DNA of 63,530 nucleotides, counting the filler, from Octopus bimaculoides (Eukaryota): NCBI RefSeq assembly GCF_001194135.2. It is 7 parts of 7 records of this genome, joined end to end, with 100 filler letters (N's around TTAATTAATTAA, not from the genome) between each part and the next. Parts side by side here need not be neighbours in the genome. Positions count along the whole stretch, not along the records: positions 20,192 to 44,616 come from NC_068982.1; positions 44,717 to 56,070 come from NC_069006.1; 5 more parts are not named here. The stretch is one strand, 5' to 3'. The notes below the pieces were generated by a model, which was not told the origin of the DNA, searched no databases, and saw only the letters and a list, made by a program, of their open reading frames with translations. Below, one piece after another: positions 38,110 to 50,982 of the stretch. Each line of letters begins with the position of its first letter. Position 1 is the first letter of the stretch. The translations under genes and the position numbers were made by a program.

Positions 38110-40875
38110 NNNNNNNNNNNNNNNNNNNNNNNNNNNNNNNNNNNNNNNNNNNNNNNNNNNNNNNNNNNNNNNNNNNNNNNNNNNNNNNNNNNNNNNNNNN
38201 NNNNNNNNNNNNNNNNNNNNNNNNNNNNNNNNNNNNNNNNNNNNNNNNNNNNNNNNNNNNNNNNNNNNNNNNNNNNNNNNNNNNNNNNNNNNNNNNNNNN
38301 NNNNNNNNNNNNNNNNNNNNNNNNNNNNNNNNNNNNNNNNNNNNNNNNNNNNNNNNNNNNNNNNNNNNNNNNNNNNNNNNNNNNNNNNNNNNNNNNNNNN
38401 NNNNNNNNNNNNNNNNNNNNNNNNNNNNNNNNNNNNNNNNNNNNNNNNNNNNNNNNNNNNNNNNNNNNNNNNNNNNNNNNNNNNNNNNNNNNNNNNNNNA
38501 TGAAAAATAATACGAGTCTCCTTCAAATAACTGAGATTATTCAGCATTTTTTTTTTTTTCGTTTTTTCATACACTACATGAAGGCGAGAGGACAAAAAGC
38601 AAAATTATAGAAAATTTCTTAATGGCATGTCCAAAAGAAAAACGAACGTATTATGCTGTTTTGCATTTCAACATCAACTTCGGTTGAAATAGAAACAATT
38701 ACACTAAACATTTGCAGTATTTGATTGCATGTAAAACGCATTTTTGTTTTTCAAAGAAAATATCTCAAAATTTATCCCAGGTTCTATATATGATGTCAGG
38801 CCTTTTATAAGCTAATTTGGTCCCTAACGCTTACTTCAAAATGCTAATTCTAAGCAGACGATATGCATTCGTGAAGGATATTTTCGTTACCGCGATCTCT
38901 TGCTTTATATCCAGTTGAACTGCTAACTTACTTTTTATACACAGGAATGTTTTCTGCCATACCCAAGTTACTTTTGTAATGTCTAATGTGTTGTTAGGCT
39001 GCTTTAAATGTTATATGCATCAATGCAAGGATAACTTTTTTCTTGAATGAATGCTGCTGAAATTGGGGTTCGTCTAATATGACCATACATCCTGTATGCC
39101 ATTAAATGCGGCAATAAAAAAATACTTACGAAGTAAGATGATTAGCCCCACTTTTGCAGTGACCATCCTGTCTTTTTATATTCAGGCACAATTTTGTCTA
39201 GGTGTTATCTATATAGCTATATTATGGAACGTCTTCTGTTTTTTAAGATGATAGCATACGATTTGCGGGAAATTTCGCAGCTAATTTCTGAGCGTCGAGC
39301 AAACACTTAATGTCTCCCTCATTGGAATATTATAACATATATTTTGTTCTGGGTATTCGGTACTGAGGTCTGTATCAATATGTAAAATACCTAAGACACC
39401 AGGAACAAAAATTAAGACAAGAATACAGTATGATTAAGTTTAAACTTTAAGAAACAAACAGGTGAAAGTTCAATGTATCGAAGTACACTTGAAGAATTTT
39501 TAGTCGAATGAACCGACTCCAGTACTTCGTCAATAAAAAGCAAGGAAGAAAAAGAAGATTCGTGGAAACAATAAAGAAAATCCCATAATATTGTCACCTC
39601 ACCACTTTCTTTTCTTTTTCTGATTTTGAGTTTTTTTGACACCGCTTTTTCTTCCTTTAAGTAAAAGTAAAATTAGCTACCTTGATTGCTTGGAGTTGTT
39701 TGCATATTTTATGTTCTTGAAAGCTTTTTGTTGTAAAGTAAAGCAGAGGCTGTCCGTCGATATCAACGACGGTCTTAGTTTGTATTGTATTGGGATTAAC
39801 TTTGCCTTCCATCCTTCTGGCATTTTGTTTGTTATTGGTTATTTAATCATCCCAAAGTTTGCTCTGATCGAGCAGTCATATGATCAAAGACGTTCTATCC
39901 AACGCCATCCTCTAGTTTATTACTATTCTCTTAAATTCATCCTTCCTCTGAGAAAGTTTTGACTGTTATTTCTAGCTTCTAGAATAGAGGCTTAATTTAT
40001 GGCTCGGCCTTTTGGAGTTGATCAGGTAAGTCATCATCTGCAATAACCAACTCGTAAAACGTAGGTAGTCGTTTCCGAACTTCATGAAGATATTTTAAAT
40101 TACATCAGTAGAGTTTCCTTTATTCTCTCGAATCGCAGACAGGACCCTCTCGTAGTGATGGATCCCCTAAAATAATCTCACAGAGCCGGGTCTACCAATA
40201 CCTTGATATAGAGCATTGTCAACAAATCTGAGATAGAGAAAGAGAGAGAGATAGGGGAGGTGGAGAATAAACTCTAGTAATCAACTCCGAAGAGGTGAAA
40301 AACAAAATTAATCTCACTGGAGTTTGAACTCGATGATGGGAGAAGAAACAAATATGACATGGCACTCTATAGCACGCTCTAACCATTCTACCAATCCTCT
40401 ACTTTATAAAGTAATTACCAATAATATATAGGGCTCCATTTTATGTTAAGCCATGAGGGAAGGTCTCCAAGGTTTATAGAAAAGAGGCTAAATCCCCCTA
40501 CTCTTTAAAATTTAGCCGTATTCCTACTCCAAAGTAATCATTTTACCCCCTATGGTTATAGCTGTTTCATTTCACTTTACGCGTTAATGCTCTTGAGAAA
40601 CAAGTAATAATAACATAATCTCCTCACTTAGCAATAAATCTAGCAATAAATATGAGAGCTTGCGCTGACGTTTTTTTTTTATAATTATTTCTAAGAAATA
40701 AGTGTTCCCTGATTCATATAGTTTTTTATAGACATATTCGCTTTAAGTATTTCCGTTGGGTGCGGAGTTCCAATTTTCCGTCTCCCACTTTATACAATTT
40801 TTGAAAAAAATTTCTTGTACTTTCCAGTTTCGAATTTTCTTGGATTTTAATCTGTTATATATATGTACACATGTA

Positions 40876-40957
<82 letters not shown>

Positions 40958-41159
40958 TGAGTGTGTGTGTACACACACTCACACACGCATACGCACGCAC
41001 ACACATACACATAAACACACGTATATGTATGTATGTATGTATGTATGGATGGATGGATGAATGGATGGATGGATGGATGGATATGCACACACACACACAT
41101 TCAAATGAGGATTGCCCTGAAAGTAATGAAAAAGTGAGCATTTTTTTTTAACAAATACT

Positions 41160-41653
41160 AGTTGTTCATATTGCATATGCTGATAGAGTAACTCACCCTC
41201 TTTGGGAACTCTTCGTTCTATTCTTCATTGCAGGAGAATAACGATTTCCAAGAGCAAGCAACGTGCCGTCATTAAGTTTCAATATCTGCAGAAACTTACA
41301 GGTTGTTTATGGAGATGACACCATTAAGAAGAGCAATGTGCACATTTGGATGAAGAAATTTCATGACGGAAGCAGTATTGAAAGGCATCTTCGAAGACAA
41401 AGATTTGATTACTCAGCCGATGTGAAAGCGACAGTGAAGTGAATACAACAGTGCATTCCAGAATTTTTCAAAGAGAATTCGAGAGTTAATATCAATGATG
41501 GCGCAAATGCATCGCTTGCAATAGAAACTATATTAAATAGGCCCATTGTATAGAGGATGTGTTACTCTGCCAACATTTGCAAGTTGAGAGACCTATGACA
41601 GTCAAAACATAAAGCTATGCCCCTTCTGCCATTACTTTCGGTATAACCCTCAT
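41160..41653 (+). mobile_element. Internally deleted mariner derivative
   Basis: N-terminal QRAVIKF and NLQVVYGDDTIKKSNVHIWMKKFHDG fused to C-terminal *WRKCIACNRNYIK*; TIR-like TTACTTTCGGTATAACCCTCAT at 41631-41652; left end approximate. Confidence 0.65.
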
Positions 41654-42344
41654 GTTTAGTATTATCTAGTGATCTTGTTGTTTTCCACTTCTTTTATATT
41701 AGATCTAAACTTCGCAGTTGTGCATTTCGTCTTCGAATTGCCTCCAGCGATTTCGAACCTTGTAAACAACAAAATAAATCAGATTAAATGATCGTTTATT
41801 GAAACATCGCGGAAGTAGAGGTAACTGGCACCGTTCTCAAGGGACATGGACATGAAGAGGTGACAGGGACAAACATTAACCCGGGCAAGTCGGATAACAA
41901 CTGAGCACCTGGAGAGGCATGACCGATGAAGCGGTTAAGTTGTACATGAAAGTGATTCTTTCCACTGACCCAGTGATCCAGATGCTGACTTACAATCTTT
42001 GCACAGGGGACTGGGTATAGTGTGTCTGATAATGGACAAACAGGCACCGAGGTTGTTGTAACTACAGATTCCTAGACAATGAACCGTTAATCAGGAATAT
42101 TTCCCGGTTTCCGCCTCTTTAACGGAGCTGCAGCTCTGTGTCAAAGAACACTAGGATTAGATTGGTATCTAGTATATTGTCAAACACCGACAGATATTTT
42201 ACAGTCGAGAAATATGGACCGTAGATGTTTCATGTAACCATTTTATAGAGTACTAGTAACTGGAAAGAGCGACAATATTCACCAGGAAATGTTGGGCTCC
42301 CTCGGGAATCAATTGGCTGGTCTGTAGCGGACGATTCTCAGTTA

Positions 42345-42530
42345 CTTTGTGTCTGTGTTTGTCCCCCGACCACCGCTTGACAACTTATGTTGGCGTGTTA
42401 ATGTCCCCGTGAATTAGCGGTTCGGCAAAAGAGACCGGTAGAATAAGCACCGAGCTTAAAATAAAAGTACTGGGGCCGATTCAATCGACTAGACATTCAG
42501 CATAGCCGCCGTTTAATGAATGAAGCAAAT
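42345..42530 (+). mobile_element. SINE family AB, 3' half, degenerate
   Basis: CGCTTGACAAC...GGTTCGGCAAAAGAGACCGGTAGAATAAG. Confidence 0.75.
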
Positions 42531-43184
42531 ATAAAGATAATTTACTTAATTACTCTAAATGAAATATTTTTCTAATCAGCTTTTACTAATCACTATTACA
42601 GTGCTTCGAGTGATGCAATATTCTTAGTTTTTCTATGAATTTAATAAAGCATCGGGAAAAGCCACATAGCTTATGACTGCCTTAATGCAAACTTTTAGCA
42701 GCATAAGTGCAAAACTGAAGCATGCATACATGGAGGTACGCATACATGAAGGTATGTATACATCCATAATGGTTGTCAACTCGTAACCGAGCATAACCAT
42801 CACTAACAAATCTTGACAATGGTTGTCAGCAATGCCCGTACAGAAATTTAAAAACCAATGACAGCTTGTACAACATAATTAGTACTCATATCTACAAAGC
42901 CAAGTAGTCCAGAAACAAGCATGAGCATGATCACCGGTTTTGCAATGAGTAGGAGAACGGGTTTACTTCGGAATTTCCTTCTCTTAGAAAGATACCTAAA
43001 ATAAGGACTGGGTGATTCTCACTCCCAGCTGTTGGATGGCCGTTGACTCTACTAAGTTCATTCGTCCTTTGGCAGGTTTTGTTTTTCAACATGCATGATG
43101 TCCAACGAAACCCACCCTCTTTGCCAAGAAAGCTTGATAGGGTTACACGTTACCAGTAGCACTAAGAATGGACCTGACACGTAC

Positions 43185-43279
43185 ATACATACAGACAGAC
43201 AGGCGGGCAGACAGGCGGGCAGTCAGGCGGGCAGACAGACTGATTGACAGACATAGGTACGCAGCTTAATATATCAAGA
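43185..43279 (-). mobile_element. Possible non-autonomous Helitron 5' end
   Basis: Reverse complement A|TCTTGATATATTAAG followed by (GTCT)-type repeats, a layout typical of invertebrate non-autonomous Helitrons. Confidence 0.35.
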
Positions 43280-43422
43280 TCTTCTAAGCTAAGCTAACAG
43301 TGGACACGTATTTAACGAGGGTCTTTTGCCCAAATAAATATTTTCAGTTACTTAGGGGCAAAATTGTAGCCTACAACTTGGAGCAAACATACAGATATGC
43401 ATATACATCTGCACGCACACAC

Positions 43423-43455
<33 letters not shown>

Positions 43456-43569
43456 NNNNNNNNNNNNNNNNNNNNNNNNNNNNNNNNNNNNNNNNNNNNN
43501 NNNNNNNNNNNNNNNNNNNNNNNNNNNNNNNNNNNNNNNNNNNNNNNNNNNNNNNNNNNNNNNNNNNNN

Positions 43570-43603
<34 letters not shown>

Positions 43604-44316
43604 CTAGCAAACGAACTCGTCCTTTGGATGGGTTAAGTTGCTTTGGTGGAATTTTTTTCACCAAATAATTGAACAACCAAGAAGCTTTATGAGTAGCACG
43701 GCAATCTATGTTTCCGATTAATCTAGGAATGGAAAATGAAATTGAAGGCTAGTTATTGTGGAGGTCGTTGCATTTTAGTGATCAGTAAACATATAAGTTT
43801 GCAAGCGATGTAAAGTAGAGCTACTGAAGTGTTTCGGGGGTAGATTATGGATAATGACTACAAAATATAGTTGTTTTACATGGAAGCGAAATTTCTTGTC
43901 ACAAACAGCCACATAAATGGTGTAAGGAAATTGAACGAAGTTTATTTCATTCAACAGCGAAGGGAGCTATTTTTTTCGGAGAGAAGTATTATTGGTATGT
44001 TCAAAAATGGCAATATAATACATACTTGAAAAATTAGAGTTAAAGGAATGTATTTGCTATGTGCTTACAGTGTACGACCACTCTGAAACTGACTTCAGGT
44101 AACGAAAAATGAAGACATGAAGAGTTTGAATTCAGTTCACGAATACTGCTTTGGATCTTTAGCGGTTTGCAGTGAAAAGATGTCGCGTTCGAAATATCAC
44201 AATGCACGAGTAAATAAGCATCCTTAAAGTGAAACAACGCATTGGTAGGTAAACAAATGTATCAACAAATAGAAGAGAGCGAAGGGAACATTACCTTTCA
44301 ATTTACATAATTTTTT

Positions 44317-44445
44317 TGATGAAGGCTGGAGGGTATATCAGCCGAAACGTTGTGTTAACAACAAACAAGATGAGGAAAATATCCGTCAATTGTAAATAAT
44401 GTAAATAATGTACATAATTCCTCGTCTCTTAAATATAGAACTGTA
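44317..44445 (+). mobile_element. Family P1 SINE 3' part, starting at the hammerhead core
   Basis: TGATGA-A-GGCTG/CAGCC-GAAAC-GTT-GTGTT plus tail AGATGAGGA...TTCCTCGTCTCTTAAATATAGAAC. Confidence 0.85.
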
Positions 44446-44914
44446 TCACCTTTCAAGTAACTCAGAATAGATAAAGGTAAGCATGCCAAAGTTTAATGCA
44501 GTTTAAATATGGCGATTAAGATTGTTTGGTATTGGAGATTCATCGCTTACAGTCATTATACTCACACATACTGCGATTTATATATACTATATGTGTGTGT
44601 GTGTGTGTGTGTGTGTNNNNNNNNNNNNNNNNNNNNNNNNNNNNNNNNNNNNNNNNNNNNTTAATTAATTAANNNNNNNNNNNNNNNNNNNNNNNNNNNN
44701 NNNNNNNNNNNNNNNNGAATAAGAGCAAGTTAAGTATATGCAGCAAAAAAGGGAAAAGAATTTCATGGCAGACCTGCAGAAATTCCTTCAGTCAGTTTCT
44801 TCGTTTTATTACAGTTTCACCTTAATATTGATGTGTATACGGGTGTGTGTACAAATGTGTATGTGTGTGTAAATACACGCACATCTCAATGTATGTAATG
44901 TATGTGTGTGTATA

Positions 44915-45110
44915 TATAGGGGGAGAATTCACAAAAAAAATCCTAAAGAGAATGACAGGTGGTGTAGACAACAAACGGATGTATAAGTTTAATGCTTGGG
45001 AAGTGAAAAAGTCTTTAACGTTTCGAGCCTACGCTCTTCAACAGAAAGGAACACAGAAAGAAACAAGAAGAGAAGTTAAAGAATTTGTAGTGGCTAGCGA
45101 TCTATCATGG
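44915..45110 (-). mobile_element. Short hammerhead-bearing repeat family P3
   Basis: Reverse complement CTTT-CTGTTGA-A-GAGC-GTAG-GCTC-GAAAC-GTT-AAAG at 45048-45012. Confidence 0.75.
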
Positions 45111-45511
45111 CGAATGTATGTATATGTGTATATATATATATTTATATATATATATATGTAGATATATATGTATATGTGGATATTTGTACATATATAGGTA
45201 AATTTAGAGGTATACATATATAGGCATATATGTATATCTAGAACTTAATCGTTGTAGAACTAGTACTTATTCTATCGGTCTCTTTGGCCGAACCGCTAAG
45301 TTACGGGGACGTAAACACACCAACATTGGTTGTCAAGTGATGGTGGAGAGACAGACAGACGCACACACACGCAAACACACACACACATATACTTTTACTC
45401 TTTTATACTCTTATTTCTTTCAGTCATTTGATATATATATATGTATGTATATATGCATGTATGCATGTATGTGTGTATACATGTACATATTTATGTATAT
45501 ATGTATCTATG

Positions 45512-45549
<38 letters not shown>

Positions 45550-46332
45550 NNNNNNNNNNNNNNNNNNNNNNNNNNNNNNNNNNNNNNNNNNNNNNNNNNN
45601 NNNNNNNNNNNNNNNNNNNNNNNNNNNNNNNNNNNNNNNNNNNNNNNNNNNNNNNNNNNNNNNNNNNNNNNNNNNNNNNNNNNNNNNNNNNNNNNNNNNN
45701 NNNNNNNNNNNNNNNNNNNNNNNNNNNNNNNNNNNNNNNNNNNNNNNNNNNNNNNNNNNNNNNNNNNNNNNNNNNNNNNNNNNNNNNNNNNNNNNNNNNN
45801 NNNNNNNNNNNNNNNNNNNNNNNNNNNNNNNNNNNNNNNNNNNNNNNNNNNNNNNNNNNNTATATATAAAGCAAGTGCCATTGTTATGGTTGCCGTTGTT
45901 GTTGTTGTTGCTATTTTTGTTGTTGTTTCTGACGAATATGTTATTTTTGTTGTTGTTGGTGTCGTTGCCCCTATATTTCTGCGTAGGTGAATCTGAAGGA
46001 ATATTAAGTGTTGCCCTTAATGTTTTAAAAGATTCAAATAACCTTAACACAGATTTAAAAACAAAGGAATAAAACCTGTCAGTAACCATACCTCATGAAT
46101 ACACACATAACTGACACACACTCCCATACGCACATACGCACATACACACAAAAGACATACCAAACACAATCACACACAGACGCACACGCACACACATATA
46201 TACACAGTGGTGCATGTGGGCGTGTGCGCATAATATATTTATGAGTGTGTACATACATAGTCACACCTGGATATATGCATATATACATATAATATGCATA
46301 TATACATATAATACACACACACACACGTACAT

Positions 46333-46395
<63 letters not shown>

Positions 46396-46505
46396 AAGAT
46401 GTATGTATGTATATATATATATATGTATGTATACATCTGTATATATATATATATATATATGCATACATACATATATCAAAATGTTTGTATGTATATACAT
46501 ATTTA

Positions 46506-46541
<36 letters not shown>

Positions 46542-46692
46542 CAGTAGTAATGTGTGTGTAAGTATGGATGGGTAAAAAAGTGCCTGCGGCTGTTTGTTTG
46601 TGACTGTGTTTGTGTGTGTGTCTCTGTGTGTTTGTGTGTGTGTGTGCGTTGAATATTTTGAATACTGGCGATACATTTTCTAGCATATGTAT

Positions 46693-46744
<52 letters not shown>

Positions 46745-47213
46745 CTATAAAGAAGCACGTAAGCACATACACACATATGTGATTTTACGTTTATGAGTGT
46801 GCGTATGAGCAGAGATCTCTGTATATGTCTCTATATATCTGTGTGTGTTTATCGTGTGTTTGTGTGTGTGTGTGTGTGTGTATTTGTGTGTGTGTGTGTG
46901 TGTGTGTTTTTGAATGCCTGTACATGTGTGTACATGTTTTAAAAGCGTTATTTACCTTATCTTTAAATATTATATTGTAAATATTTTCATTTCGAATTCG
47001 TGTCACGTTTCAAGTTGAACATTAAAATAAAATATGGAGAAGGAATATTCAAGCAACAAAGCCTTATAGAATATGTGTAAATGAAGAAAATATATGTCCG
47101 TATGAATGCTTGTNNNNNNNNNNNNNNNNNNNNNNNNNNNNNNNNNNNNNNNNNNNNNNNNNNNNNNNNNNNNNNNNNNNTATTGTTTTGTTGTTGTTCT
47201 TTTTCGTGGCGGC

Positions 47214-47480
47214 GGTGGTGGTGGTGGTGGTGGTGGTGGCGGTGGCGGTTAATTTTCTTCATATTGTGTAAATTGTTTGTTTGATTTGAAGGGCAAGCAT
47301 TTGTATTTGAGATGATGCGAATGATGATGATGATGATGACGACGATGATGATGATGATGATGATAACAATGACCTTACTTATGATGATGATAATGACCAT
47401 GATGATGTTGACGACGACGACGATGATGATGATGACGATGACAATGATGGCGACGATGATGATGATGATGATGATGATGA
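47214..47480. repeat. (GGT)n and compound (GAT/GAC)n microsatellites
   Basis: Direct inspection; source of the poly-W/M/I pseudo-ORFs. Confidence 0.9.
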
Positions 47481-49235
47481 ACTCGAAGCAATACAGAAAA
47501 ACAAAATACAAAGAAACGGTTAAGCGGATGGTTTACAATGACGTGTGGGCTGGTTTAACAGTGAGGATACACAAACGTTTGAGCTGAGGGTTTAAAGATG
47601 TTATACAATATAGAAACAGACAATTTCAAATTTATAAACCAAAATTCTACAGAAAACAACAAAAAAGAAATATGTATTATAACTCATTCTATAATTCACA
47701 GAAACCTTTTCATTTTTATCGTTTACTTGTTCTATTCAGTGAGCTGCTGCCATACTGGGGCATCACCTTATGGCTTTAGTCTCGTGTTTGTCACCCATTT
47801 TTCTTTTTTGCCTGAAGACCAATTCGATTCCTATTTTACGCAACTTATTCATCATAGCTGTTCCATATTTAAAAAAAAATCGTATTATATTTAAATCATT
47901 TGAATATTTTAAAGAACTGTAAAACGATAAATGTTAAATTCTTTTGTGTATTGTAAAAGAATAACCAATTTCTTGCGCATAAGTTTTAACAAAAAAACAA
48001 CAACCTTATATTGAACCCTTAAGGTTGGTATGGAAACCGCTTGAGAACCACTGGTTTAGTCAAACAAATAGGGATCCAGTACATACATTTATAGAACCCT
48101 TGATTCAATAACACTGTGTATAAACTCTGTACACAAGCTCCAATGCGTCTTTTGCAAAGATGTTGCGTCTGATTAGAGAGGGGGGGCAGAGACAGACAAA
48201 CAGACAGACAGACTTAGTTACTTTATCTAGAAAGTCTAAGAATCACGTACAGGCTTCCTCATTGGCTCGTGCCGATGGTACTATGAGAGGATTCTGTTGT
48301 TATTGTCATTTAAACCCACGTCAGCCCCTGAAACAGTAGACCCATGAATAAAGACTTTCCAGTTGTGACCATCTCGCCAGACAGTCATTCAGCTATTTAA
48401 GATGGACGACTTCTGATTTTTATGAACTCATTCGTTCCACGTTCCTTTGCTTGCGTGCGTACATGTGTACGTACGTGTGTACGTGTGCGTATGCGCGTGT
48501 GTATGCGAGTATGTACGTCTGTATGCATGTATGTGTATGTACATATATTTCTCTCTCTCCCTCCCTCTCTCTCACTCTCTCTCTCTGTGTAAAACACATG
48601 TAGGTGTTGTTATCCACTTTTTTTTCGCATTTCTTTGTTACAGACGGATTCCACTCACCATTTATTTCTCTCATATGTTTTCTATTTATGTCCATCGTCT
48701 GCGCTTATATCTTTCCACTTCTGTAGAACATCGTTCAATAATTCTTTTGTTCTGCTGATTATTTCATTTTCTTTTAGGTCGTTTTGTTTTTGTTTTTTTT
48801 CGCTACTTGCCAAATATTTTTTCTTAAAAGTTTTTTTTTTTTTGTCAGGAGGGAATTCTCCACTTTTCTCCAGATTTGTTCTTTAATTCTTTGTAAAGCT
48901 GAATTCTTTGTAATGCTGTTTGTTTTCCTTTCCGTAATATATTTTTTTAAATTTCGTTTTTGGTTATCTTCTAAGTACAGCACATAACAATTTTCTTTGA
49001 ACTCTTTGGAAATTTTGATCGAATTTAATAGTAAACTCCATGTTTCACCTTTCACCTGTTGAGCATAGACGTGGCATTGACGTTAGATTTTCCAGTAAAC
49101 ATTCAGCTTCTATGACGATACTTTCAAATTTGTGTCTCACTTTCCAAATCGGTGAAACTTACTTTAATGGAGGTGCTTGTCAGCCGTTTCTACATGTTGA
49201 GGGACAATGTAGCGGCTATAATTTTGAACCCGCAT

Positions 49236-49567
49236 ATAGCGTAATAGTTAAGAACGCGAGCTACTAACTCCAAGATTGCGAGTTCAATTATAGGCAGTGC
49301 CTTGAATAGATAATAATGATAATAATAACAATAATAATAATAATAATAATAAAAATAATAATAATGTCTATGTGATCTCAAATTTTAAAGCAAACATAAT
49401 TTTCTTATGGTTTCTTAAACATTCTCTAGAACAACACTATGTACAAATCCAAATATATGGTACCCTAGGCATAACACCTACAGGAACTTCTAACCTGTTG
49501 GCTCTTGAGGTCTCTGGGTGAGACTTGGATCCAACTTGTACAAATGCAAAGCAAAAGTCAAACATAA

Positions 49568-49604
<37 letters not shown>

Positions 49605-49756
49605 TCAGCAAAAAAATACCTTAAGAATGAGAACCAAGGATTGGGTTCAAAATCCTACCAAGACACCTGATGAAGGCTGGAGAGTAAATCAGCTGAAAAG
49701 TTGTGGTAACAAGAAACAAGATGAGGACGCATATCCGTCTAATGTAAATAATGTAT
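49236..49756 (+). mobile_element. Family P1 SINE, near full length, with a nested insertion in its (AAT)n tract
   Basis: Degenerate tRNA head ATAGCGTAATAGTTAAGAACGCGAGCTACTAACTCC..GAGTTCAATT, (AAT)n, AAAAATACCTTAAGAATGAGAACC, hammerhead CTGATGA at 49667-49673, tail. Confidence 0.85.
49366..49568 (+). mobile_element. TAA-embedded retroelement 3' end nested in the P1 SINE
   Basis: Homologous to 19233-19387; (AAT)n on both sides. Confidence 0.8.
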
Positions 49757-50910
49757 TCTGCAAGTATTTTAGATTATAAGTTGTCGTGTATATAGACCAA
49801 TTGTGGAAGTGTACATATACATTAATTTGGATGGAGAAGGGGAGCTTAAAAATAAACACACGGTTGGAATTATTTTGACGCAAAAGAAAAATGCGAAAAG
49901 ACCAAGGATATGTCTTGAACTATTCGAGTATTCACTTTTCTCCAGAAAGATAGGATAGACATGGAGAAAATAAAATCTGAAGCGACTGAAATGCATTTGT
50001 CCAACTGCCATAGCATCATCACACACACACACGTTTCCGTTCTCCTTTTTTTTCTCTCTCTAACCAAGCCTCTAAAAATTCACCACTTACACATACATTT
50101 AGATACAAATACAAAATAGCAAAAGAACATTCTTTTTCCCTTCAAGTTCTGATTCTTTCAGCTAGCTCACACATATAAAAAATCATGAATTTTCTATAAA
50201 GACATCATTCCTGATGATTCTGCGAAAGGAGATGAAAGTACTAAATGAATAATTATCCAAAAATCAGACTTCCCAGTTTTTCATAATATATGTATGATTA
50301 GCATGGTACTATTGCTTTTACAGCTGTTGCTGTCAAAACTCAGAGAGCGAGAATATAAACCATTTGGTTTTCCGTCCAACCTTTTAACTGTCTCACCAAC
50401 CATCAGACAGAGAGTCAGAAACACACACACACACTTATCAATTGCTACTCATCGAATGCTTACTTATCTTGATGCAACGGTTTATATCACTATAGAGAGA
50501 CATATGTCGGATATCCTCGTACCAATCTGAAATTTACTGTTTATCTACCATGAAACGACGAAAGACCAAGTAGATAGAACTCAACGGACTTCGATCTCTG
50601 CGCAGACAATCGGGCCATGGAATGGGAGATTATTGTTGTGACTATCGCGCTAACAACGCTTCCAAATAAGACCGAATGCAAAATTCAGTGATATAGCAGT
50701 ACTCAAAGCAACTCGAAAAAAAAACAAAAAACTTTGGAGAGATAGCTACAGATGGAATGTCTTTCATAACAGAAATGCTGGAGCATGGTTTATTCTAGCA
50801 AAACAACACCAACACCAACTACAGCAATAACAACAAACACTTGGAAAATACGAACTCCACAAGTTGTTCGAATCTTCAAATGACAGCCGTCGTCGTCATC
50901 ATCATCATCA

Positions 50911-50980
<70 letters not shown>

Positions 50981-50982
<2 letters not shown>

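Noticed and set aside
39380-40250. Coding-like stretches and ORFs 39412-39642 and 39636-39962
   Set aside because: Multiple stops in all frames and no recognised motif.
48774-49230. 93-aa K/N-rich minus-strand ORF beside the P1 SINE
   Set aside because: Its composition follows T-rich DNA and there are no diagnostic motifs.
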